Of a stretch of 32,000 nt of DNA, positions 1 through 10,458 are shown one piece after another. A model generated the notes under the pieces. The model was not told the origin of the DNA, searched no databases, and worked only from the letters and a program-made list of their open reading frames with translations. How positions within the stretch are numbered: position 1 is the first letter of the stretch; each line of letters opens with the position of its first letter. The position numbers were made by a program, and so were the translations under genes. Origin of the DNA: Wallemia ichthyophaga EXF-994 (Eukaryota; Fungi; Basidiomycota); the NCBI RefSeq assembly GCF_000400465.1, contig NW_008806295.1:144030-176029 (forward strand), in the 5' to 3' direction.

Positions 1-287
1 GTACCAGACCAGTACCTCTTCCAAGTGGATCGATCGTCGTCCACGTCTGCGTCTAGAAGATGAGCGTTCTCGTCATAATCGTCGTAAGGATCGTAGTCGC
101 GGTATAAATCCTCGGAAGCCCTTGGAGTGACTGATGTGGAGGCTTCTGCGGTGGTTTCCCTGGAGGCGTCTCTAGGGCCATCTGTGCCCCCATCGTATGG
201 TGGTGGAGGCGTATCTAAAATACAAAAAGTTCTGTCATCGCCTGCGTTTAGATAGAGCAATTTGTTTTGGCTTTGAGGCTGAGCCAT
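1..287 (-). CDS. 5' portion of a hypothetical protein running off the window edge (PPxY motif, acidic tract)
   Basis: The ATG at 287 opens a stop-free frame to position 1: MAQPQSQNKLLYLNAGDDRTFCILDTPPPPYDGG...DYDPYDDYDENAHLLDADVDDDRSTWKRYWSG. It is absent from the ORF track because it is truncated. No family recognised. Confidence 0.6.
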   Translation of the reverse strand, partial: MAQPQSQNKLLYLNAGDDRTFCILDTPPPPYDGGTDGPRDASRETTAEASTSVTPRASEDLYRDYDPYDDYDENAHLLDADVDDDRSTWKRYWSG

Positions 288-1074
288 TGATTGAGCGACT
301 TCAACCCCGTTTCGAATCCGGCATCGCACAGTTTCATGTGAAAAAATGTCCAGAAATTAAAGGATTTACGTTGTCATTGTCAATAATCACTTGCGAAAAG
401 CCCACAATTTAAGCACACAAGTCAAGTAGTAGTCAAATCAGATTTATGTTAAAGCAATGGCTCTGTCAAATCTTCTGCTGCTTCTGATGTCTTCTTTAAC
501 AAATTATATTTTACTAAGAAAAGGCCTTATCGACGATGAAACGTTTAGACTGGTGTTATTTGTGAGAATGGGTGCAAGTGGCTGTATAAAATTCTCACCT
601 GGATTTGGCACTACGAATTGCGTTTCAAGAGTCCTCAGCAGTTTCCTCGTTTTCAACTTGTCAATCTTCTGATCTAACACATTCGTTTGTTCTTAAACCC
701 AAGCTTAATTCTTCGAAACTCTAAGATGAGTTCCGGGGCAGGTGATAAGTAAAATCGACCGAGGAAACAAGAAAGAAGTTGTACATCTTTTATAGCGGGA
801 GGAAATAACGAAGCCTAAAAATTTTGATCGGAAGTGGAAAATAAGTATAAATGTAGGTTGTAAATAATACACAGATTTACACTGGTCTACGCCCCTGTTC
901 GATTCCTGGGAAGAAAAGGGGCTACCGGTGACAAACGAGCCCCATGACGACGACATGCGCAGCCGTAAAAGTACTTGTTTGATATCATGGACTTGTGCGG
1001 GAGAACCTCTTTTTTGTCCAACATCACTAAAACAGTTAAATGGCAGGAGAAAGATTAATAAATTCATTAAGAAT

Positions 1075-2222
1075 TCACAACAGAGTGTAGGATTTCTTCA
1101 GGCCTAAGCGCTCAATCGTCTTTACCGGCATACAGTATACTGGATCAACGCGTTCGATTTCGGGGTATCCGAGCATTGAAAGGCCTGGGGAGGAGTGAGC
1201 GGGTGTAAACAGTAAACATACCACACCAACCTGCTACACCGAATAGGGTATGGAACACGTCAGACACATCACCGGGTCTATCTGCTATACCACCGCAATC
1301 TGGATCCTGTGCGCTGAGTATGAATGAAATTAGCTTGTCTTTGTTTATCCAGTGAAGTCTGTGAAGGATACTGAGAGCAGAGAGCACCCACCACGAGTAG
1401 CAAACCTGTTTTTATCGTTAGATAAGAGTGAAAGGGAATTTCAAACGTCTCACATCTTCCTGCTTCTGTGGACGGCCATTGAGGCCACCATTCTGGACTT
1501 GTCTTTCCGACAGCCACCAGCTGAGGTTGTCTGTGTGTATGATATCAAGTCTGTCTATAATGGCTAGTGCGGCGACAGCGGTAAATACTGTGTGTGCTGT
1601 GTGTTAAGCTGGTTCACATAGAAACATCCCTCTCACCTTGGCCAGAGTGAGTTTCAGCGCCAATGTTGTTACCGAAACCGCCATCGAAGTTTATGCATTG
1701 AGTGAACCAACTAACTATCTTTTGTTTAATTGAAGTGCCCGATTCTACTTGATCTAGTCTGTCTAGTGCGCCCAACAAACTCAAAGTGCTGATAGCGCAG
1801 TATGTAAATCTAGTATCAGATTCACCCCACTCGTCTCCGGTGAAAAAGCCTTGATTGGATGGTCTTAACTGGAGTATGTAATCGACGACCTTGCTAGTGT
1901 CTATTTTAGCCTCCTCAACGGCATCCAAGGTAATTAAGATCTGTATCCCAGATAAAGTGGACAGTATATGTGTATCGTGGTTGGGATGGCTGCTAAAGCC
2001 GCCATTGCTTGAATTCCAGCAATTTCCAACGTATTCAATCACCGCGCTTCTATCCAACGCGTCTATTCTACCAAGTAAAGATAATGATGTTATAGCCCAG
2101 TAAATTCCATTCAAACGGAGGTGCTCTGTCAGGTGATACGATAGTGTATTCTCCGCTCTCCCCAGGTTCACGATATACTCCACGTGTTTATCTGCATTTA
2201 ATTTCGCTGTACTCTCACTCAT
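1075..2222 (-). CDS. BET2: Rab geranylgeranyltransferase (GGTase-II) beta subunit
   Basis: Prenyltransferase repeats [48 protein letters not shown] and [13 protein letters not shown]. Exons 2222-1637, 1587-1454, 1405-1231 and 1184-1075 are joined by GT-AG introns at 1636-1588, 1453-1406 and 1230-1185; splicing restores one frame. Confidence 0.95.
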
Positions 2223-2230
2223 CCACGCTG

Positions 2231-3067
2231 ATGTCAGAATTTAACAAGTCTTGTGATATTTCCAACAATTCCTCAAAATCCTCGAATAAATCTTCCCTTA
2301 ACATACACGGCCTTCCTAAGAAGAAGTTCTATAGGCAAAGAGCTCATGCGAATCCTTTCAGCGATCATCACCTACAAGTCCCTCTCCACCCTTTGCACAA
2401 AGACTGGTCCACTCATTTCCCTGCTTTTTCTGATTCAAATGCACGCGTTGAAATGGCAGACGTTGGCTGTGGCTTTGGTGGTCTTATCATTTCACTCGCT
2501 CCAAAATTCCCCAACTCTCTCATCCTAGGTATGGAAATACGCCCACAAGTTACGCAGTATGTGTCCGATAGAATAGTTGGCTTGCGCAATTTGGCCAAGA
2601 CGGGCCAGATTGATGTCCCCGATAAGCTCCCCGATCAGCAGCAAGGTAGAGGCGCATACGAGAATGCCTCCGTAATAAGGGCAAATGCGATGAAATTTCT
2701 TCCAAACTTTTTCCAAAAAGCTCAACTCAAAAAGATATTCTTTCTCTTCCCTGATCCTCACTTCAAAGCGCGCAAGCATAAGGCGAGAATTATAACGCAA
2801 ACGCTGCTTTCCGAGTATGCCTACGTGTTAGCACCGAATGCCACGCTTTTCCAGATCACTGATGTACCCGACCTCTTCAGCTGGATGCAAATGCACCTGG
2901 AAAAACACCCTCTGTTTGAGCAAATTCCCGATGAGGAGCTCACCACAGAGGACCAAACCGCGCTCAGCTGCGTCAAGAGTGAGACTGAAGAAGGCAAGAA
3001 GGTCACGCGTAACGGCGGTGGCAGACAATGGGCGACTTGGCGTCGAATCCCTGATCCACCTCTCTAA
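2231..3067 (+). CDS. TRM8: tRNA (guanine-N7)-methyltransferase catalytic subunit
   Basis: Motifs LPKKKFYRQRAHANPFSDH, DVGCGFGGL (SAM binding), LGMEIR, NAMKFLPNFF, FPDPHFKARKHKARII and ETEEGKKVTRNGG. The first true ATG is 2231; the ORF-track start at 2144 is a GTG. Intronless. Confidence 0.96.
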   Translation: MSEFNKSCDISNNSSKSSNKSSLNIHGLPKKKFYRQRAHANPFSDHHLQVPLHPLHKDWSTHFPAFSDSNARVEMADVGCGFGGLIISLAPKFPNSLILGMEIRPQVTQYVSDRIVGLRNLAKTGQIDVPDKLPDQQQGRGAYENASVIRANAMKFLPNFFQKAQLKKIFFLFPDPHFKARKHKARIITQTLLSEYAYVLAPNATLFQITDVPDLFSWMQMHLEKHPLFEQIPDEELTTEDQTALSCVKSETEEGKKVTRNGGGRQWATWRRIPDPPL

Positions 3068-3275
3068 ACTTGTACCCTAGATTAGCGCCTTTAAATAGTG
3101 TCTTAGATTAGTAAATTAGATGATTCATTGATTATAGTTGTATGGCTTGGTACTTATATTCTGCTTCGCAACTGAATTTGCCCTAATGACGCCATTTGCA
3201 TTCCTATCGTCTTAGCACGGAGGACCGACGAGTTGCCGAAGAATCATCACCACGACACGCACCACTCACATCGAA

Positions 3276-5114
3276 ATGCTCATGTACACAGACAGCAGCC
3301 CAGACGACAAGATGCAATTCAGCAGTCGGCGATCGACAGTGCACTCCCGCCGGGGTCTAGTGAGTACATCGCAGCCACTAGCGAGTCAAGCGGGGGTGAA
3401 GGTGCTCGATCTGGGCGGAAATGCGGTAGATGCAGCTGTAGCCGTTGCAGCCGCCCTCAACGTGACTGAGCCAAGCTCGACAGGCATTGGCGGGGACATG
3501 TTCCTTCTCTACTACGCAGCGAGCGAGCGACGAGTGTACGGCTTGAATGGCTCTGGCCATTCTCCAGCCGCGCTCACCCGCGACAAGGTCCATTCTCTCC
3601 GTCTGCACAACGATGCAGGCACCCTCCCATTCGACTCGATTCACTCTGTCACAACGCCAGGCGCGGCTGCCGGGTGGTGCGACGCTGTGGAGGCGTTCGG
3701 GTCCCACACCCTCACTCTCCACCAGATACTCGATCCTGCGATCCGCCTTGCGCGTCATGGGTACCCCGTCCACGAGCTTACGGCGGCGCAGTGGCGCCAG
3801 GCCGAGGAGCAACTCCAGCGCGCTTCTCCAAATGCCCACGAGATGCTCCTCGACGGACGTGCGCCGCGTGAGGGCGAGATCATGTATATGGTGGGTGCAC
3901 TTGCAAAAAATACTGGCATGTCTCACTTTCTCACAACTCAGCCCAACCTCGCGCGCACATTCGAAGAGCTCGCACAGCACGGCAAAGACGGTTTCTACAG
4001 GGGGAGAGTAGCGGACGAGATCGTGGGGCTCGTGGCGAGTCGCGGTGGGCTGCTCTCGCACTCCGATCTCGCCGCACACCGCAGCGAGTTCGTCGAGCCG
4101 CTGACATACACGTATGCGGGCGAGTATGTGGTGCACGAATGCCCACCTAATGGCCAAGGAGTAACTGCGTTGATAGCGCTGGGTATACTTGAGTCATGCG
4201 AGCGTCTCGGCCTCCTGTCAGCTCCGCTGCTTTCTCTCCCCCACAACGGCACAGAGTACCTCCATTTCCTCATCGAGAGTCTCCGGCTGGCGTTCGCAGA
4301 CTCGAAGCGATACACGTGCGACCCCACCTTCTCCACTCACAACACCTCCACTCCCACTCCACCCTTCGATTACACCAAGCTACTCGCGCCCGACTATCTG
4401 GATGCTCGCGCCAGGTTGATTCACCCGCACAAAGTGAGCAGCGTGCAGCACGGGGCACCAGAGCACTCCTCAGACACTGTTTATTTCACCGTCGCTGATG
4501 AACACGGCAACGTCGCCTCCTTCATTAACTCCAACTACGCAGGTTTTGGCACGGGTGCTGTGCCCCGTGGATGCGGTTTCACCCTCCAGAACCGCGGCGC
4601 GGGTTTTGTGTTAGAGAAGGGACATCCAAACGAGCTCGATGGGGGGAAGCGTCCTTACCACACTATTATACCGGCTATATGCACGCTTAAGAGCACCAAC
4701 GATATCTTTCTCAGCTGGTCCGTTATGGGTGGCTTCAATCAGCCACAAGGTCAATTGCAGACTTTCTTGAACATCCTTAGAGGCCTTTCGCCTCAGGAGG
4801 CTGTCGATAAGGAAAGGTTCTGCATCGGCGCTATCAAGCAGGCTAGAACTCCTAATCCCCCTGTCCCGCTCAAGCAATCCGCACTGCAGGGTCAGATGCA
4901 CGATTCAGATATCAACACAGAAGTTAATATGGAGGAAGGCGTCGATGAGATAATCTTGGAAGAACTGAAAAGAATGGGTCACGATGTGACTATTGCGAGG
5001 AAAATGCAGAGACAGGTCTGTGGCCGTGGTCAGATCATTCAGAAGACTGCACACAATGTCTGGTCAGCTGGCAGCGATATGCGCGCAGATGGTTGCGCTA
5101 TGCCGCAAGTCTGA
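3276..5114 (+). CDS. Gamma-glutamyltranspeptidase family protein (Ntn hydrolase, YwrD-like, no signal anchor)
   Basis: Motifs GGNAVDAAVAVAAALNVTEPSSTGIGGDMF, ECPPNGQG, LRLAFAD, SSD-T-VYF (autocleavage and nucleophile Thr), KRPYHTIIP and VMGGFNQPQG. A probable 51-nt in-frame intron lies at 3891-3941 (GTGGGT...CAG). Confidence 0.92.
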   Translation: MLMYTDSSPDDKMQFSSRRSTVHSRRGLVSTSQPLASQAGVKVLDLGGNAVDAAVAVAAALNVTEPSSTGIGGDMFLLYYAASERRVYGLNGSGHSPAALTRDKVHSLRLHNDAGTLPFDSIHSVTTPGAAAGWCDAVEAFGSHTLTLHQILDPAIRLARHGYPVHELTAAQWRQAEEQLQRASPNAHEMLLDGRAPREGEIMYMVGALAKNTGMSHFLTTQPNLARTFEELAQHGKDGFYRGRVADEIVGLVASRGGLLSHSDLAAHRSEFVEPLTYTYAGEYVVHECPPNGQGVTALIALGILESCERLGLLSAPLLSLPHNGTEYLHFLIESLRLAFADSKRYTCDPTFSTHNTSTPTPPFDYTKLLAPDYLDARARLIHPHKVSSVQHGAPEHSSDTVYFTVADEHGNVASFINSNYAGFGTGAVPRGCGFTLQNRGAGFVLEKGHPNELDGGKRPYHTIIPAICTLKSTNDIFLSWSVMGGFNQPQGQLQTFLNILRGLSPQEAVDKERFCIGAIKQARTPNPPVPLKQSALQGQMHDSDINTEVNMEEGVDEIILEELKRMGHDVTIARKMQRQVCGRGQIIQKTAHNVWSAGSDMRADGCAMPQV

Positions 5115-5236
5115 GCTCGATTTAGAAAATGACCTATATATACTATTTAAAAAAGAAAACCCTGCCAATAATTTTATAATACTACTAATTACTGCGTATG
5201 TGTCCAGATAATGAGAATCAAATTGATGGCCCCCAT

Positions 5237-7799
5237 CTACCACGTCTCAAAGTATGGATTACCTCCTTTGACAGTCTCCAAACGCTCGACAATTACCTTG
5301 CGAGTCTTGTATGGTGCTGGTGGCATCCTATGGCTGTTTGTGCGGTTGTAATGAGACGATGCGGCAGTATCTACCGAAAGTCTGCCAGGTCGCTGCTCCG
5401 ATCTGTCATTACCAGATGCGTACGTTTTGAGCCATTCCTCGGCATTGCGTGCAGTACCGACATCTGCATCATCTCGCTCTACATTCACATTATTCACTTG
5501 CGTGTGATCCTGCTCGTTTGCGAGTTGGTGCATTGAGTGCTCCACTGCATCCAGTTGATCCATGTGTTGCAAAACGTCTACTCCAGATGCCGCTTCAAGA
5601 CTCTTGGCATATATACTGGCTGACCTCTGTCTCGAAAATGGTACTGGACGGCTGTTTACACTCGATTGAGCTGGTGAATGTGGTGGTGTGATTGATGCTG
5701 AATGCGACTTGTCAAAGCTAGTCCGCACTCCACCATCCATTGACTTGGATTTTCTGCTGCTGTACTCATTGTGTCCAGGCAGTGACTTTATTTCATCATC
5801 ATCATCGTCACCCTCCTCATCCTCCTCATGCTCATCCTCGGTATAGCTGTACCTCCTCTCAGTAATATCTTGCTCCTCCACTTCTTGATTGTCTGCGACG
5901 TCTATAATGTCATCCCATACTAGCACTTTCACTCTTCTGCATAACTCCAATGGACCTTCGTCGGCATGTCTGAGACTCTGCACAATGTTCCACCCTTGTC
6001 CTTTCACTATGGCCATCTGTCGGGCGAACATTCCTTCGTTGAAATCAGGATCCACTTCAAATACTTCCCTCAAAGCTTGCGTCGTCTCTGCCCACCACTT
6101 TGGATCACTCAACAGCGGTAAAAAGTGTCGCCTTGTTGATGCTGAGAATGGCTGTCCAATTAATGATACTGGAAGGAATAACCATCCATAGGTATAGGAT
6201 CTCCATCCTTTCGGATGCTGATGTGGAAAACTCAACGAATTGTCGATAGCTGCTATACGAATACGTGGTCTGTTCTCCGGTATTGATTGCTTTGACTGTG
6301 AAAACGATGGTGTTGGTGCTCTTGGTATGTTTAATATCGATTGCTTGGCATCGAACTGATTATCGTCGTAAAATAATGATTCTTGAGGATTGCTCTGCTG
6401 ATCCGGCACGTATGAAGTACTTTGTTGATTGCTTGTGAGAGGCGTTGATGGTCCTGACATCGAAGACACGTCGGGTACGAATGGTTCGGCGTTGCGTGTT
6501 GGTGGTCTATTAATAATTCCATTTATATTTGAATTGCGGTTGAGGGTTTGTCCTGGATCAAACTGTATCATCTAGAGTGCGTGTTAGTTGAAGAAGCGAG
6601 AGCATAGCCTAAACGCACAAAATTGTCAAGTCCTCTGTCAGTGTTGCGCATGAGGTAGTCTAAAATGACGAGTTTCTCTAATTCTTCTCTAAAGCTCTGT
6701 TGGAGTTCAGGCGTCCAGCTAAATGGTCTGTCAGTGTAGCTAGCACGTGGCTGTCTCGTTGAGAAGTAATCATCGTCATCATCGTCCAACTGAGCATGAA
6801 CCTGCCATTCAGCATCAGCGTCTACGTCGTAGTCGAAAAGATCATCGTTATCGCCTTCTCTCCTACCACACATGACTTGTAGTGGCTGGCATCTCCAAAA
6901 ATTGTGTGAACGCTTCTTCCTATTAGCTGCGAATGCGTCTGCGGAAGATCGACCGGGAAATGGATGTTCGGCGAGGAAGTTGGACGCGTCTCTAAATCCA
7001 TGCATGAAAGTTTGTAGACTACCGATCTTGTCGGGTAGATGTCTGCCTTTCTTATGCCAAGCACGTCTGTCAGCCCACTCGTAGAAGAAGGAAGGGGAGG
7101 CAAGGTCGACTAATCCAGTGCGTGGTACGATGCCCAGTTCAAGTCTATCGTCCAGTACGGAAGCAGCAGCTTCGGATATATAAGATAAATTGGGAATCAA
7201 GCAACTTCTACCAAAACCGATCCACCAGAAGAAATTCCTATGAGCCCATTTCGTCCATTTTGGGTTTAGTTGACCGTATGGCTGAGACAATGTTAGTATT
7301 GTGTCATAATGAGTTGATATGAACGCACCTCTTCGTCTTTTGGTTTAAATACGCCTATAACTTCGACGTCATTGCTATTAAGCTTGCCTCTAACGAAATA
7401 ACTTCCACTAGAGCCTTTGACGATCATTTTTGGGTGTAGCCCATCGTCAATGGCGTTTCTGACGCGCTTGACGAGCTTGTCGTATTCAGAGCGCGGAGGG
7501 AGAGTAGGAGGAACGTAGCTGCTATCGGAGGGGATTGGGGTGAATACGCTGGATAAGATTGGGATTGGAGGACTGTGCTGTCTCCTCGACTTCCTTGGCC
7601 GGCTTCTGAGATTGACCTTGTCGGAAATAGAAGAAGACCACGATTTGAGTGCAGTGTCCAAGCCATTGAGATCTATATTGAAGTTCTATTGGCCGTTAGA
7701 CGTGCTTGCATTTCAGAAACCACCAACCTTGGTCGATCGCTGTGGCCTCGTTGACGATCCAGGCTCATCGATTGATTGCCGTAAAGGAGCATAGCTCAT
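5237..7799 (-). CDS. LSB6: Type II phosphatidylinositol 4-kinase
   Basis: Motifs PKMIVKGSSGSYF, VFKPKDEE/PYGQLNPKWTKW, LDYLMRNTDRGLDNF/MI and IAAIDNSLSFPHQHPKGWRSY. Exons 7799-7728, 7685-7329, 7281-6619 and 6571-5237; introns 7727-7686, 7328-7282 and 6618-6572. Confidence 0.93.
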
Positions 7800-8577
7800 T
7801 TCTGATTAGATTTATTTATCGCCTTGAACACGGTGGTAATTGACAACAGCCGCCACGCAATCAATTGAGAAGGTAAACAAATTTCAGTAATCGCAACAAT
7901 ATCCATAATAATCTGTATCATTGACTCATTCTCATTCCCGGTTATTTACGCATTCCCACTCGTCTGGAGCTCATTTCTCACAAATTCGTCCTTTTGGACT
8001 TGAACAAAGCTTCTGTTTATGGCAAAAATCCCATCCTAATTCTAATATCGTGTTTTAAAGATATCTTTTCGACTTAATATCAGGGCTTTTCTTTTACCCA
8101 ATGCACAACATGCTATCCCAAGCCAAATAAGAGAGCAACTAGTCACAGTAGATGTTTTGCTTGTGCATGAATCTCTTTCTCTGACTCGCATTATATCGAT
8201 ACTTCTGGGAAGTAGTGAAAATTTTCAAATTTTACCCTATCGAGGCGTGGTCATCGAAGCGTCATTCTTAGATGATTTTATAGATAGCCTTTAGTTTTGG
8301 TGCTCTTTCTCCATTTCCTAATCGAGGTTTCTTACATCGTTACGGACCAATAGTGGACAATACAAAAGCAAAAATAAGCAGTCACCACTTGACATACGAA
8401 ATATGTCATATCTTAACTAGTTATGGTTTGATCTACCACCACAGTTCAATGCTTGGAATGTCACATAATCTTCTTTGGTGTCACATCAATCAGGATCTGG
8501 CATGCGGAAAGAAATAAGTGGTGTTGGGCGGCACAATGTATTAATTAGTGAGCGCAACATCCATCTGCGAGCGTAAA

Positions 8578-9820
8578 TTGCTGCAAGAAGTAATCAAATT
8601 CGCGCATGATGCGCCTACTCTACCTATACACAATTACTACGCGGCGCTCATCCTCCCTCTTCAAGCACTCTCTTGGTAGCGCCGCCGTCGAGCTTAAACA
8701 CCACTTTAAGAGCTGTCTTGCTTTGTATAGCTATCGGCGTGGCTTTCTTTGGAGAGACATTCGACACATACGACAGCTTTTCCGCAGGAGTGAACTACAA
8801 TCTTTTCATTGCCGGTAGCTGCATGCATGCAGTACATCTCACTTTCACCAAACGCAGCCAGATCGACGCACCCAAAGGAAAATCTTCTTCCAAACACTCC
8901 TACGGTGATTTGGGATGGAGTGGCGCGTTCGAGATGCTCATCAAGTGAGTTAGTTTGCCCATTCATATCCATCTTCATCTGAACACTCCATAGCTTACGT
9001 GGAATGGGGATGAAGTGGGGAATGCCATCTTCGAAATTGCCCGCAGTATATAAACACTTCATTTCGGAAACGCTGCTTGAAATGCTCAAACATCACGTCA
9101 TATATCTCACTGCAATGGCCGCTCTGACTCGCTTGAGTCAATACAATGCCAGTGATGTGATTGGGCGCGATGTTGCGATGACTTTCTCTTTGTGGTGCAT
9201 TGCATGGTCTAGTCTCACTTTGATGTATAGCATGATCACCCTATGCGTCTACATCACCACTAAGCTTTGCGGAAAGCCCTTCGACAAAAACAGGTGGCCG
9301 CCCATGTTTGGAAATCCTATCGCCGCTGACAGTGTACGTACGTTCTGGAACAATAAGTGGCAGTGCATGTATAGGCGTCACTTCATGATTTGTGGATACG
9401 AACCAGTTTTCAATTTGATTAAGGCTTTGCGCATACCTGGAGACATACCACACTATTGCGGCCTCATAGGGGCCTTCACCGTTAGCGGTATCCTTCATGA
9501 GTACTGTGCAAGATCAACTTCGCGTACATTATTCATAGAAGAATTCCCTGCTTTCAAAGTATTTATAATGTAAGTATGTGTCTGTTTTACAGTCCTGACT
9601 AAAGTCTTAATGCAGCCACGCGTTGGTCATCATTCTCGAAAACGAGTTATACAAATTCACTGGTCGCAAAGTCAGCGGCATCTTTGGCAGCTTATGGACC
9701 TTTGCGATAGTTATATTCATCTCAAACCCTATGTGCAGATTTAATCTCCAGGGACTTGGCCCAATGCCGGACTTTGCGGAGTGGGACACATGGAGGTGGT
9801 TTGTACCTCTATCAGTATAA
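8578..9820 (+). pseudogene. MBOAT_2 / wax-synthase-like O-acyltransferase, copy 1 (body intact, 5' end apparently disabled)
   Basis: Motifs WPPMFGNPIAADSVRTFWNNKWQ and AFTVSGILHEY. Introns at 8945-8993 and 9570-9615. The frame is open from 8673 to 9820. Against copy 2, the ancestral ATG aligns with TTG at 8578, and one base is missing near 8668 (caagcac-tctcttggta versus caagcccatctcctggta). It could still make an N-terminally shortened protein, or the lesion could be a sequencing error. Confidence 0.7.
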
Positions 9821-10458
9821 GCGGAGAATACCGGTTTAATTATTTCGGAAACACTTAAAATGCCGAAAATAATGTAATTGAAAAGGCAAGATCTACAGAA
9901 TCTTTAGCACATAAACAAATTTCCAGGAAATCTATCAGCTCACAAATTTTCTGATATAATTCGGATATTCACAAAATTAAGATTTACTTAAGGCTGCTAC
10001 AAGTTGCAAAAGCACATGTCGCACATTGAAGTGATAAGAAATTCATTTCTAAGATATCAGTAATTCTGTTTGTGTCAATGCAAAACGCTCTATTGCAAGC
10101 CAAAGAAGCATTCAATAACTTCAGGCAGCACCAATCGTTGTTATCTAATCATTTCTTCTAACTCACTGTATGTCTTTCGTACCTGAAATGTGAATCACGT
10201 CAAGAGCAACCTAAAAAGCAATAATCGAGCAAATTCACTGATTTAGGTTGCTAATCATGATATGAAATCCCAGCCGCCATCGCTTGATAGTCAGTTCGCT
10301 TTGTGCTAAGATTGAAAGACTGGAACACGTTATGAGGTGTGCTAGATTTTACATTCTAAATTACTTGAAACGCTTTGGAATTTATCCTAATTCCATTTGC
10401 AGTCACATTAATTAAGATCTGGTGTGCGCATCGAAGAAAATCAGCAAAACCGATCAAA

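Noticed and set aside
420-1067. ORFs 457-672 (+) and 705-1067 (-), and a possible spliced minus-strand fragment LDQKIDKLKTRKLLRTL
   Set aside because: No consistent start and exon model and no family motif; I cannot support a gene call.
3378-4157. 259-aa antisense ORF and several other overlapping ORFs within the GGT gene
   Set aside because: These are shadow ORFs expected in GC-rich coding sequence; they have no recognisable motifs and the sense frame is explained by GGT.
5180-5240. Possible terminal micro-intron extending the LSB6 C-terminus
   Set aside because: The donor GTAGAT is weak, and the unspliced frame already ends plausibly at YFETW-stop.
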